From Azolla caroliniana (lineage: Eukaryota > Plantae > Polypodiophyta): a stretch of DNA of 64,000 bases. Of this stretch, positions 37,877 to 51,563 are shown piece by piece. How positions within the stretch are numbered: position 1 is the first letter of the stretch; every line of letters begins with the position of its first letter. The notes under the pieces are model-generated. The model was not told where the DNA came from, searched no databases, and saw nothing but the letters and a program-made list of their open reading frames with translations. The position numbers and the translations under genes were made by a program. The DNA lies in contig JBHGNT010000011.1 of assembly GCA_043228905.1 (NCBI GenBank), positions 2,046,001-2,110,000 on the forward strand. The letters are read 5' to 3'.

Positions 37877-40800
37877 CTAAGGCCGCCTCCTAAGACGCAT
37901 TTTGTAAATGTATAACTGGTTCCCATGTGGCGTTTGAAAGAGGGTAAGCTTTCCATAAGACCAAGTATTGAAGTCTTCGTCGACACAAGCAATAATCGAA
38001 GATCCGGTCAACCTCGTACTCCTCACATGTCGATAATTCCACAGGCGGCGACGGAGGAGGATGTCGTCCTGGAATGCGAGAAGGATGGTAGAGTTTGAGG
38101 AGAGAGACATGGAAAACATTGTGAAGCCGAAATGTGGGAGGAAGTTTTAACCGGAAGGCTATTGGGTTAACGCCCTCGAGGATACGAAAGAGGCCTGGCT
38201 TTTTGTCGTCGAGCTTCCCGCAGGGACGGATGGTTGTGATGTTGCAACGTAGCATCCAAACCATGTCATCGACTGTGAAGGTTGCCGCAACCAAGCAATG
38301 TCAGTTTGCGTGAGCTTTATACCGTTTGCCAGCGGCACGAAGCTCAAGGGAGAGATCACGATGGACATCTTGTAAGGTGTGGGTACACCTCTCGGCCGAC
38401 GGATTAACGGAAATCTCCGGAATGGAAATGCTGAAACGAGGGTGGAAATGATAGTTTACAAAGAATAGGGAAACCTTAGTTGAGGCATGGATATTATTAT
38501 TGTAGGAAAAGTCCACCATGGTAAGGAAGTCCACCCAATCGTCTTGTTGGTAGCTGATTGTAAAATGGAGGTATTGTTCAAGGATTTGGTTGAATCTTTC
38601 GGTTTAGCCATCAATTTGAGGGTGGTGCGCGGTTGACAAGTTCACAGTAATCCCGAATGTCTGTAGAAGTCGGCACCACAAGTGGGAGATAAATTGAGGA
38701 CCTTGATCAGAAGTGATATCCTCAGGGAAGCCATGTAATCAGACGACATTTTTCAAAAAATGGTCAGCCATCTCCTCCTCCGAAATGGTTTTCGAACATG
38801 GGACAAAGTGAGCCATCTTCGAAAACCGATCGACGATCACTAGCACCGCGTTATGGTCATCGACCCGAGGAAGGTCGGTGATAAAGTCCATGGAGAGAGA
38901 TGATCAAGGTTGACTAGGAATTGGAAGTGGGTGTAGAAGGCCGTAGGGACGATGGTGAGCCGCTTTGGAGCGAGCATAGACGTCACAAGTTTTGATAAAT
39001 TCTTTGACCAATTTCCAAGGTTGGGGACACCAAAACCCCCCGAGACAGCAATGCCAGCGTTTTCGCGACCCCAAAGTGTTCGACAAGAGGATCATCATGG
39101 CAAGTTTGTAGTACTCAAATGAGACATGAGCCAATTGGTATGTAAAGGAGGTGATTATGATAGAGTAGCCCATCCTGAGTTGTAAAGTAACTGAGATCCG
39201 AGCTTTGCATTTCCTGGGATGGGTTGTTGAGGCGCGCCATGATGTCGGTAGTGAAAGGGTTCGATGTTTGTTGCTTGGGCAATCTCGTTGAGCAAGGAAT
39301 CATCATGCAACATATAGGTTGTGAACATGTGGAGTTGATCAGGCCACTATAAACAATGTGATTGCTGAGAATATGCATCATCACCTAGGCGTAATGCAAA
39401 GTTGGGTCGCCGAGAGAGAGCATCCGCTTTCCCATGTTGAACGTTCGGTCAAAACAAGATTTTGAAGTCGTAGTCGGCGAGAAAAGATGACCAGCGAGCC
39501 GGCCTCTGATTCAACGTATGAGTGGTGGTGAAGTAGATGAGATTCTTGTGGTCGGTCAGCACTTGAATACAATGTTGGGCCCAGCTAGATAGGGTCGCCA
39601 TTTGGCGAAGGCCGAAATGATAACTGCAAGCTCCTTGTCGTAGACCGGATAATTGATTTTCAGGGCTGTAAACTTCTGAGAGTAGAAGGCGACCGGATGT
39701 AGGGTGCCATCATCGTCGAGTTGAGACAAGACCGCACCTGTGGCAAAGTCGGAGGCGTCGGTTTCAACCTAGAAAGGGCGGGTGGGGTCGGGTTGGACTA
39801 ACACGGGGGCGGAGAGAAAAGTTGCTTTGAGGGTATTAAAAGCATTGTGTGCCGCAGGGGTCCAAAGAATGGAGTATCTTTCTGGGTAAGCTGGATAAGA
39901 GGTTGGACCAGGGAAGAGAACCTGTCTGTAAATCGTCTATAAAAATTTGCAAAACCAAGAAACAATTGTACCTCTTTCAACTGAGTTGGGAGAGGCCAAT
40001 CAGTGATTGCTACTACCTTGCGTTCATCCATTGTGATCCCAATAGGTGAGATCATGTAACCCAAGAATTCGACAAAGGTCTGATTGAACTCTCATTTCTC
40101 ACTTTTGGCGAAGAGCCCATATTCCCGGAGTTTGGTGAGAACCAACCGGGCGTGGTGTGTGTGCTCCTCCCAATTGGAAGAAAAAACTAGGATGTCGTCA
40201 AGGTAGATGACCACGAAATGATTGAGATACTCTCGAAAAATATAGGTCATCATGTATTGGAAGACGGTCCGACTGTTGGTAAGGCCGAATGGCATCACTT
40301 TGTACTCGAAATGTCCATAGTGCGTCCGAAAAGCCATTTTCCACTCGTCCCTAGGCTTGATGCGCACCAAATTGTAGGCGCCCCGAAGGTCGATTTTGGA
40401 GAAGATATGCCCAGTTCGGAGTCGATCAAGGAGCATTGGAATTAAGGGCAGGGGGTAACGATTATGCACCGTAACTTTGTTGAGACCCCGATAATCCACA
40501 CATAAGTGTAAGGAGTCGTCCTTCTTTTTGACAAATAAGATTGGTGCCCCAACCAGTGATTGGAGGGTTGAATGAAGCCCTTCGCGAGATTCTCAACCAA
40601 ATATGTGCGGAGAGCCTCAAGTTCAAGTTCAGATAACCCATAGATAGGACCGAATGGGGGATGCTCGCCCGCTTGGAGTTTGATTGGGCAATCGTAGGCG
40701 CGATGAGCTGGTAACCGATTGGCATTCCACTTTTTGAAGGTGTCGGAAAAGTCGCTATATCGGACGGGTAAATTGTTGACAAGAACGATGACGTCCCCCG

Positions 40801-42345
40801 ACACAACGAACAGTGTAATGACCAAACCGGACTCGATTGCAACAAAATCAAGAGAGTGTCGTGACCTAGCAGGAATTGGCCTTACTGGAAAAGTGATGGA
40901 GCGGTTACACCAATCCACCGTCGGATTGTATGTCTCCAACCAAAATAGCCCCAACATAATCGGATGTCGGGGGGTTGCGATGAGGTAGAACGTGAGTTCC
41001 TCATGATGCACCCCAACTTGAAGTACCAATGGGATAGTGGCTTCAATAACTGCCCCCGAAGAGAGGACCTGACCGTCGATCGCCTCAACGGATATGGGTT
41101 GTGATGTGCGGACGGTGGGGATATTATGTGCGCGGACAAACAATTTATCGATAAAGCAAGTAGATGCTCCAGAGTCGAGCAAGGCATGAGAATGTATTGA
41201 AGTCGAACCAAAACAAAGACTTACTTGCAAAGAGAACCCTCCTAATGGTGGAACGGACTTGTACGAGCATGGAGAAGGTGAGTAACGGGAAGCGTCCAGC
41301 GGCACGACTCCTACTACAGTCGGACTTGGTCGTTTTCCTGTTGTCGAGGAACCTCCGCAAGACATGCACGATGGAATTGGTGTCGTGGGCCCCGCACCGG
41401 GCAGTGGCAGATGACATGGCCAAGGTTGCCACAATAGAGACAAAGTCCATTGTCCCGATGATGCTAGCGTTGGGCTTCAATTACTGGTTGGAACGGAGCG
41501 TGGTCGATCTCCATCGGGGTCTGGAAATCGACCTCCATTGTGGTATGGGTATCACTAGGTGATGGTAAGGTTGGCATGGGAGACAAGTAGGGCCTGGCGT
41601 TTGATGCGTTTTGGGAAGAAGCCTGAGACCCGCGAGTACCCCGTTCTTCTTGACGAAGTTCGAAGAGACGATTATCACACTGGACAACTTGGGAGATTAC
41701 TTGAGACAACGATGTGGGCTCCGAGAAGTTTGAGAGAAGAGTCTTGACGTCGTTTCGAAGACCGCAACAGAAATGGTTGCATAGGGCATGGTCATCCCAA
41801 CTGACATCGCAGGCAATCTGACGGAACTTTGAGGCGTAGACCAAGGCTGGAAGTGAGCCTTGTTGGAAAGAATAAAGCTTTGTGAGTGTCGTTCGTTGCC
41901 GGTCTGTCTCGCCAAACATCGCTTCGAGCTCCTCAATGAAAGTGGTGTAGTTTTCTAAGAGAGGGGATGAGGTCTCGATCAAGGGTGCAAACCACATTTG
42001 CGTCGGCTTGGAGAGAAGCGTGCCGACAAGCCCAACCCGAGAAAAGTCGCTAGCATACCGTTGGGGTTGTAACCGGATGATAAGTTGAATTTGGTTGATG
42101 AAGCCGTGAAGATACGCCCTCATGCCATTGAATTTTTCCGGTAGGCTGATGGTTGGTTCGAGGACATATGGATGGGAAGAGGACGTGGTCGGGCTAGGTG
42201 CCGACGATGGTTGTGACTTGATGGGTGGTGGATTTCTTGAAGTGCCGGATTGCAACTCTCATAATGATTCCCGAAGGATTTCATTATCTAGTTGAAGTTG
42301 TTGCAAGGCTGCCATGACTTGGTTTAGGTTGTCGACAAAGCCAGA
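37877..42345 (-). pseudogene. Chromovirus gag-pol with chromodomain
   Basis: LPEKFNG gag; LLDSGAST protease; [10 protein letters not shown] and YLDD RT; integrase; LHNVFHVSLLK then EYEVDRI...YLVLWKAYP...TWEP chromodomain. Confidence 0.95.
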
Positions 42346-42660
42346 TATGGTAGCAAGAAGAGCGTGAAGGTGAACAAACTGTCACGGACAAGTATAATAG
42401 AGCAGAGCGAAGACAAGACTACAAAACAAGAGAGAGGAAAAGAACAAGAACTTAACTTATAGAATCTGTAACTGGTGTTGTTCACCTTGATTAGAATCAA
42501 GGTGCACCTGAGTATTTATACAAGAAGGTAGGGCTATGTAAGCCAGCAAGAAATAGAGTATGGATGGGGATGCATGCAATAGAGTCTGCATGAGAATGTG
42601 TAAAGCTAGAAATGAGGATGTTCAATCTATACTAAATGAAGTTAGATTTAATATAAGCAT

Positions 42661-42722
42661 GCATATGTAGCTCAATTGGTAGGGTTGCCCAATAGAGACC
42701 ATAAGGTCTTGGGTTCACTACC
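42661..42722 (+). other. tRNA-like cassette in the chromovirus 5' LTR
   Basis: TAGCTCAATTGGTAGGG ... GGGTTCA, B box partly deleted. Confidence 0.65.
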
Positions 42723-45668
42723 TTCCTTTGAGAGGCATATGTTTAAGCTATGACATTTTATGCTTGAGCTTCATCCTAAATATTTGTGCTAAAGTTTTGT
42801 CTTAAAGTTTTGTGTGGATAGTGGGAAAGTGAGGCACTTAACATTTCCTTGTACTAGGTACTCCATAATGTTTTAAGCTATAAAAAATTTCCTTCACTTG
42901 TTCTTGAACCTTCCTTTTCAAACCTGATTGTAAAGAGAATCCAATCTAGAAGCAAAAAATAAGGATATTTAAAATTAAGAAACTCTAAACTTAGACAATA
43001 AAAAATAAGAAAGGAGACAAATAACAATAATCAATGAAAAATTCAAAACTACAACTATTAACAGAAATGTAATCAGCGATTACGTGATGCAAATTGTCGG
43101 GTGGTTATAGCAATTAACTAGAAAAATATAATAAATATTTAGGAAACAAATAATGAGATCAATAAGCAACAATAATGGCCTAACACCTTCACAAGTATCT
43201 TCTCTTCTCGATGCCTTAGAGCCCTCTATGGTTGACACAACATGCTTCAAGGGCTTACGAAAAGCGCTTCAAGTTGGTTTCCCTAGTAGCGATGCCGAAA
43301 TCGATGTGTCGCCTCAAGGGGTTCTTGCATGTTTATTAGTGACCATTCAAAGGAATACGTGGTCATTGTCATGGTTGAGTTTTGTCAATCGTCACATCAA
43401 TATGCACCTAAACATCTAGGAAATTATTCACATACTACAATTTCTTTGCACCCTTCTAAGCCCTTAATGTACATTTCTTGTAAGTGTGGTTGGTGGCAAA
43501 TAAGAAGATATTGTTGATTAACTTTGTATTTGATTTCTAGCTCATTCCTTATCTTTGAGAGATTAAGCGTGAGTTAAGTCATAAAGTTAGTTAATCTTTC
43601 TATTGTCATTGCTATTTAGGAGAGGTATATCTCTATAGAGTTTAATTAGGTACCCTAGAACATCTCATTAAATACTTTCAAGAGTGACTGATACCCACTT
43701 CTTTCCCACAAAAGGGCACATATGTGTTGGATCACTCACAACGATCTAACATGATGTTAACCATTATATCATCGTGTTGATACGAGCAACATTGGGACAA
43801 CTATCTAGGAGGTTTTAGGGATGGTTAAAGGAACATAGTACCACATTATAAAATAGTCATCGTCCTCATAGATTTATCAAAGTAATTATGCATTATGATT
43901 GAAAAAAACAAAAAATCACACCCTTAAAATACATTGAAGAACTGCCAAATTGACTTACTATCTACGTCCACAACTAAACATACTTTTGCAGCATTTGATT
44001 CACCTATACTATATTGGCCAATAAGGTGTTGGGAATCTTAGGGAGATGCTTCCAGTAAAGAGCATCTGTGTGGGCTTCTTCTACATGAATGACCTCAAAA
44101 TATGTCAATTCTTGTTTGTCTTTAATTTCAAGACACTTAAATATTTTGGAACTCTTATATTCCTCACTCAATGATTGTAGTTTGACATGATTAAATTACT
44201 TTTATTTCCAACATTAATATCTACATCAACTTCCCCAACAAACTATCATAATTCCATGTTCATATAACCTATCTTTAAGGAGTATACGAGGAAAAAACAA
44301 GAAGTTCCCAATTTGAAGAAGACAACAACCAATCCACAACTTCTGTGAGGTTGGTTAATGACAACAATGACAAAGGATGGGCAAACATGAGACCAACAAT
44401 TTCTCTCTTGCTTAGCTCTCTCTCTTGGAGAATTTAGCATGCCTTCGGTCTCTATCTAATGTCACTTCTTTCCTTTGGTTAGGGTTTGCTTACCACAATT
44501 CCCTTGTCATAATGGATATGATTGTGAGGAGACCCCATTTCTCATATACTAGTTTGTCGTCCTCTTTATTTAATGCTTTGTCCATTGGGTAGCGCGTTGT
44601 CAATCCTTGGAGCTTGATCCATCTTTACTATTTCACCTTTTTAAGACATTCAGTGATATTTTGACATGTCCTTTGCCTTGATTTGACACTTCCCTATGGA
44701 TTGAGAAGGTCCAATGATCTTATCATTGCTCCTAGAGCTTGTTCCTCAATCTCCATGTATTTGTCACATGCAACACGACTCAAACTCATACAAGCAGTCA
44801 TATTTTCCTATTTTCGTTGATGCTATCATTGTTGAAGAAACTACCAAGATTCATTAAATGATATTATATGGAAGAAAGAGTAAAGACCAAGGATGATGTG
44901 GGTTTCCAAGTTCAAAATTTTGGAGGATTATATGCTAGCTCGGTGTCAACCTCTTAAAACGTACGATGTGTGTATGGTCAACCATGGGTGTAGATAAATT
45001 TTGTGGAAAATGTTGGTATCCCCATAAACAAATTGAGGATTAGAGCCCCATGGTGACATTTGATCAATAGTACTACTCATTTATTTACTTAGAAGTTGTT
45101 ATGGCTCAAATCTTAATGCTCTCTGGCAACAAACTTTGAGATACTTCAGTTGACAATCACCAAAGTACAGGGGCAGAATAATTCTCTACCACTGGAGGTA
45201 CTTGCATCTTCATGGCCCTTGCATTTGGATAAAAGGTAAGTCTCAATTCTCAAGTTTGATTTATTGAGGAAGAGAAAAAAACAAAAATTCTTCTACTAGA
45301 AAACGGGAATTTGAGCAACTGAAAAGCACGATAGAGAGATTTCTTCAAGGATTATAGTAAGAAAGAAGAGAGTAAATTATCTTTTTGTGACCAGAGAGAG
45401 ACTCATGAAATACGTTGGAGAACGTTGAAGCACATAAATTATCACATCAATATGGAACTCAACATGAAGAGTTTGTAAAGCCAATGAGTGAAAAAATTGA
45501 TTGGAAAATGTATGTAATTCAACTTTGGGCGATTCTTGCAGATGATAGGTATTTTTTTCACATTAATTTCATAGGCATAAAGCTCATTAAACATAGTTAT
45601 TGAAGTCATAGAATAAGATTCATCAAAGATAATTTGTTATTGTTTACTAGCAAAAATATAGTTCCAAA

Positions 45669-46633
45669 CATAGAACGTAATATTCGTGTTCGTGCAACCA
45701 TTCAAACATTTGGAAACGAGCACGTTTGAAATGGGAAAAATATGTACTCTTTTGTTTTAGATTTTTTTCACTTAATCTTGTTACAATTTAGTTTACCCTA
45801 GTGGTAAGGAGTCATGTTGTTTTTGTGTATGTCTTGGGTTCGATTCCTAGTTTTCTCATCTCTTTCTTCTCTCTCTCTCATTAGTACCATGTCATAGCAA
45901 AATTTTATGTTAGTGTTATAATAGTTTTTTTCTTTTATTTTTTTAATTATTAGAACTAAACACAACATAGTGGTAAGTTGCTATGCTACTATTACTTGTG
46001 TCTTGGGTTCAATTCCCAACTTTCTCATATCCTCTTGTTAGTGTTGTGGCAAAATTTTATGTTTGTGTCATGTTCCTTTTTCTTCTTTTTCTTTCTTTCT
46101 TTGATATTAGAAATTAGCTCACCCGAGTGGTAAGTTGTTATGCTACTACTGCCTATGGCATGGAAATTTTTTATGTTAGTGTCATGTTCCTTTTTCTTTC
46201 TTTCTTTGTTATTAGAAATTAGGTCATCCTAGTGGTAAGTTGTTATGCTACCTACTACTGCCTATGTCATGTTTTCTTCATATTCTCGAATATATGTTTT
46301 ATGAGTTTTTGAACGTTTGATTATAATTTATAAGGACATATTTTTTTTCAATCTCTATAGTTCATACTCATTTTTTTGTAAAGTTCTAAAGTGAGGATGG
46401 TAGAGATGTCTTGATTCGCTCCCAAAAGTATGCGTGTGATACAATGCAAATATTGCAACCATACTTATGTTGGTGGTTCACAATGGATTAGAGTCCACTT
46501 ATTGGGATTGAGAGTGAATCAATGTATAATATAGACCCTAGTCAATCCAATCCAACTTTTAGATGATCTTCCATACACGTTTGAATCATTCTCGAATGCG
46601 AATGCACGTATGATACGTATGGTTCATTCTATG
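45669..46633 (+). mobile_element. Non-autonomous hAT with BED-finger remnant and tRNA-like repeats
   Basis: TIR CATAGAA...TTCTATG; perfect 8-bp TSD GTTCCAAA; QCKYCNHTYVGGSQWIRVHLLG at ~46442-46507. Confidence 0.88.
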
Positions 46634-49600
46634 GTTCCAAAGTATTTCTCTCCATCACTTGGCACAAATTCCATACATGCCCAATTCCTAAAGACATTTT
46701 GATTGGTATGTCACATGGACATGTCACATAACAACCATAAGGGTGAACATAAAGACACTTTGACAAAATCCTTCCCGTAAATAAAAGAATCTATTACTTA
46801 TCCAAAAATTCTGAAATTGCATTAATAACCATACTTATGTTTTAGTTGACATGAAATTGATAACATGGGAGAAAACTTGAGGTGTACATGGTTATTGTCA
46901 TGCCCATTTAATGAAAACATGGAAAAGGAGCCTATGATCTTTTTTCACGAGGTAAACCACGTGGACATAAATACCAGAAACTTGAGGCATGAAATCTCCC
47001 TCAAGACCAAAGCCTATCTCTTAGTTAAATAAATTTGCATCAAAACCTACTCATTGTCACAATATTTGTACATGTCATTCTAATTTTGTCCTAGACGAAG
47101 GGTGGAGTTGTTGCTCGATAATTTGATTGGAGAGCAATCTATGAGCTAGGGAATTGTTTCTGATGAACTATCGTTCTTCTTGTACTAACAGTACAACAAG
47201 TTTTTATTACTCATATTCCATCCATCTAAACAAGTTTCTACGATGTTCATAAAACACGTGTAGGAAATGTGCTAAATAGGATTAATGCTCATAGATAAAC
47301 TTAGGGAGAGTGTTTTTCTTTGTTGATCCCATCTTATTATAGGAACCATAATCTCAATGATTTTGAGCCAAACTTTTAATAGTTTGAAAAGTTGTGAATC
47401 TTCCAAAGTTATCTTCATCTAATAGGCTTTTGTCATGTATGTAGGTTTTGCATCCTCATCCAAACCAAGCCTAAGAAAATAGAGTTGTTTGGCCTACATG
47501 GCATTATGTTAATGTAACTTTCTTTTTGGACATATCCATACTCCATTGGGTTGTTTCAACCTTTAAATCCAAAAATATGTTTTTTCCACTCCCTATTGCT
47601 TCACATTAAATATGGGTTTCCAATGTAGCATATACCCTCCTCCATGTATAAATTTTTGAACTTTGCTTAACTAGATAAATTTGTTTGACAAAGAAATTCT
47701 AAAAACTTTGATAGTCTACAACATCTTAATCCTACTTGGTTTCAGCCTTTAACTATCTATGTTAATGGGTAATCAATAAGGCACTAGGTTTGTCATGTGA
47801 GAAATCCTAATTTTGGCTGGAATATTTTGGTTACAAATATTTATGTTAAATATCTCTTATTTATAAAAAATAATAGTAGAATTAACCAGAATGTTATTGT
47901 TCATAGGTCATGCATTATTGATCATTAATGGGTACTAAACTTAATGGGATTGGTCATGGATGCCAAAGGGCGCATTTCCAAAATGTCACGAACATGTCTC
48001 AAAAGCATGCAGGTATTCGGAATAGTCTCATTGGAATGAATGACAAGCTTGACCTCCACACATGCTCATGAAAAATTCCTCGTACAAAATGCACTAGCCA
48101 TTTTTGATTGGTTGTAAAGATGGTATACTTCTCTAATGCATCCATTTTAGATCCTCTTGTGTCCTTCTTGATAGTGGTAGCGGTCAACATGCAAAGCCAA
48201 GTAAAAAATTCTGTTTTGAAAATTATTTGTCATACCGAGGACGAGCATTGAGAAGCTCACATTCAAAATTCCCTACTACCCATCATCAAAAAATTTGAAG
48301 CAACAAAAAGTCGGCTCTAAATTTTAGGACGTTTTATTTTGATAACCAATGTTAATGAACATTTCTTTAACTTTTTAACGTCGATGTCAATGTGGGAAAA
48401 TGCAAAAGTAGAGGAATCACGTTAGAAATGTCAAATTTATCCCAAATGACCTCGTGGTTTGCATCATGGCATATCCTTTGTGTTTCCTATCGTTCACATT
48501 CTCCACCAAGTTGTGAGCTAGGGTTATTATTTAGATGTGGGTTATCTAGATATGAGCAATTGCCTCGGCTTCCAATTCTTTAAGTAACCTTTTCAATCCT
48601 ATCCAGCTTTTATATGGTGTGACCACACTATTCTTGGTTGAAAATTGTGATGGCAATAACCATGATCTCATATAAAATCTTGCCCCTATGTCTTTGAGTT
48701 GTGCTTAAGTTAGAGCCAACAAGTTACCTGATTAACAATCTAGGTTTATGATTGAAAGTGCCCAAGTGTCATGTGGATTTGGTTGTAGTTAATTTTACAG
48801 ACTCTTTGGGCATGGGATGGGCTCATAGTAAAATCTTGTCTCACAATTTTGGGTTTTGTAAGTTGTAGACTTTTTGGGTCGTAGTTAATTTAAGTTAATT
48901 TTACAAGCTATAGAGTAAATGCTAGTTCATTCACGATGGGAGGTTGTGAATTGAACAAGCTCAGGTAAGATGTTGCCAATCAATGCAAATCAACGACACG
49001 AGACAAATAAATGTGGCACCCATTTGTTTTGGAGCCAATGTATATGGTTATGTATGGAAGAGGATGTCCATTGTCCAACAACTTAGCCTAAACCTGGCCT
49101 TATTATTAAGCAAGGTAAAAAAAATAGGAAAAGTACCAATGTACCACTCTGAAAATCACCAAACTACTATTCCTTTTCTACCACATCACACCAATATCAA
49201 ACTTGTGTAATTAAGTGGCAATTAATGCACCGTCACTTCTTGCAAAGGCAACGTAATAATCATATTTACTGAACTTTGTGTGTGCAAAATTATCTGGTCA
49301 AACAATGGTGAGATTATTGTCCATTATGATGTTCATTTCAGTCATTGTGTAATAAGTGGTGTTAAATTATGTTTATTTGGTAAATACAAACCAATTCCTT
49401 AGTTTTTGCTTGATGACTCTAATATTCTATTTACCAGCTATTGATGATCAAGATTAGCGAATTGCTAAAATTCGGAAATTTGGATGGATTTTTGGTAAAT
49501 TTTTGAGAATTATCATGCCATGGGTAAATTTCGTGAAGACATGTTTGGCTCATTTCAATCAAAGTCGAGGAATACAAGGTGACGTCCAATCACTCAACTT

Positions 49601-50164
49601 CAAGGCAACATATAGCAAGAATTGTAGGACAACATTAGATTAATCATCAAGACACGCGTTGACCACTTAAACCTCAAGATTGTATTTGACTACATACTTA
49701 TCTTTGAAGAATGTGGCAATCCGAACATAGTCGAATAAAAAGACCTTCTCTTTAGTTATTGCCCGCATATGTAGAGAGGATGGTAATAACTCGACTATAG
49801 ACATACCTTATCTTTTTACCCAACCAATCCTAGATATATGTATGGGCTCCTAAAGCACAAAACAACATTTGTCTGCTTTGTGAGTTTGAACCCAAAGATA
49901 GTTTTGGTTTGATTGGTCACTTGGTTTATAAGATTTGGCCGCTTGGTTTAATGAGGTGAACGCAAAATACACTTCGAAGGTTTGAAGTATTTATGTTGGG
50001 GAAATTCCGGGGTATTATACCAAATTCTCGGCAAGTTATGCATGTTTTGTTGTAAAGAGAATGTTTGGGCATTGTGGCATATTAGGCGATGTCTTGGTCA
50101 CAAGTAGTCTAAACATGGAGAGTTAAGGGTATGAAAGCGAGGGGCTTAATTATATCGTGGATCG

Positions 50165-50567
50165 TGGAACATTCTAGGTCGTTCTAGAATAGTATAAACA
50201 TGGAGGTTAAGGGTATGAAAGTGAGGAGGGCTTAATTATATAGTGGATCGTGGAACATTCTAGGACGTTCTTGAACGTTCTAGGGTTCTACCGAATCGAG
50301 CCTGGTCTGGGCCCCTTGCCCGCTCGACCACAAAAGCTCCTGCCCCCCCTGCCCGCCTGCCCGAACTGACCGAAGCTCTCGGACGGCCGCCTGTCCGTAC
50401 TTCTGGAAACTTCTAGGGTTCTACCGATTCGAGCCTGGTCTAGGTCCCCTGCCCGCCCGACCACAGGGGCCCTTGCCCGCCTGAACCTCCCCAACCGACC
50501 GAAGCACCCGAACAGCCGCCTGCCCGCACACGCTGTTGCCGTGGTTGACTTCCGGAAACTTCTAGAC
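50165..50567. promoter_or_regulatory. Cluster of four heat-shock elements in tandemly duplicated sequence
   Basis: GAAcaTTCtaggtcgTTCtaGAA (50167); GAAcaTTCtaGGAcgTTCttGAAcgTTC (50253); TTCtgGAAacTTC (50401); TTCcgGAAacTTC (50550). Confidence 0.7.
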
Positions 50568-50659
50568 CCTTCTCTTTCTAGACCCCTTGTTTCTCTCTCT
50601 AGAGTCTAGACCCACTCTCTCTCTCTAGACCTCCTGCAGGTCCTCGTTGAACTGAAGAT

Positions 50660-50844
50660 GAAGAAGAAGAAGAAGAAGATGATGATGATGATAATGTGCT
50701 TCTTTCTTCTTCTTCTTCTTCTTCTTCTTCTTTCTTCCTCTCCGTTTGATGAGTCCCTGCGCTGGCTGTGATCTCTGAAGCTCCAATGGAGAGCTCCGCT
50801 TCCAACACGTGACTGTCTGCTTTACCGTTGAATGTGATGAGATA

Positions 50845-50881
<37 letters not shown>

Positions 50882-51063
50882 GGAACAGTTCCCGACGAAA
50901 CAAAATCTCTTGCAGAATCAGATAAAAACACCACCGCCTTCACCATCATCATTTATGGACATGTCATGGGAGCGGTGACAGGTGAAACGCTCTGCCTGCA
51001 GAGCTCTCTCTCTCAAGATTTCATGGAAATTTTCCTCTTTTCTCGTCGCTTTCACGAAAATTT

Positions 51064-51095
<32 letters not shown>
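50660..51095. repeat. Microsatellites (GAA)n, (GAT)n, (CTT)n, (GA)n and (CT)n in the promoter/5' UTR region
   Basis: Directly visible. Confidence 0.9.
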
Positions 51096-51097
<2 letters not shown>

Positions 51098-51563
51098 CCA
51101 ATCAATCTTGTTGGCCATTTTAGCTAGCCTCTCAACAGACGTTAATTATTTTCAGCTTTCCTTTTCTCCCCCAATCATCATTCGCTGTCGTTGAAGAGCC
51201 TGCGCTTTTTTTTGACAATCTCTTTGATTTTCTGTAATTTTCATCCTTCTGGAATTAGAAAATATGTCAAGGTTTTGCTGTAGAGTGCATAAATATATTT
51301 CCACAGCTACTATGAAAGCTTCCATGGGAAGGTAGCCGTAGTAATTCGGATAAAAGACAGGAATTCCTTATAACAGAGATTGTCCCTAAAAAACCTTTGA
51401 ATTTCATTGATTCATGAAAAACTGTGTGTCTGTGTGCCTTTCCTTTATACATACATTGATTGTGTGTTTTCTTTGGTACTCTCTGAACCTTAGAATCCCA
51501 TTTGGTTGCAGACTGAGCTGAGCCATACCCAAATTCCTCAACAATTTCAACACAGAGACAGAA

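Larger units (their letters stand above)
37476..42755 (-). mobile_element. Full-length decayed Tcn1/Tf1-like chromovirus; LTRs 37476-37865 and 42380-42755
   Basis: LTRs TGTCACGG...ATGACA; TSD CTTTA/TTTTA; PPT AGAGGGAAGATAA. Confidence 0.95.

Noticed and set aside
42760-45660. Old TE coding remnants (also 46640-49990, 54900-56200 and 59620-60850)
   Set aside because: Look like decayed coding sequence, but no motif could be assigned with confidence without a search.
50599-50952. Poly-E/poly-S ORF on the minus strand
   Set aside because: Translation of microsatellites.
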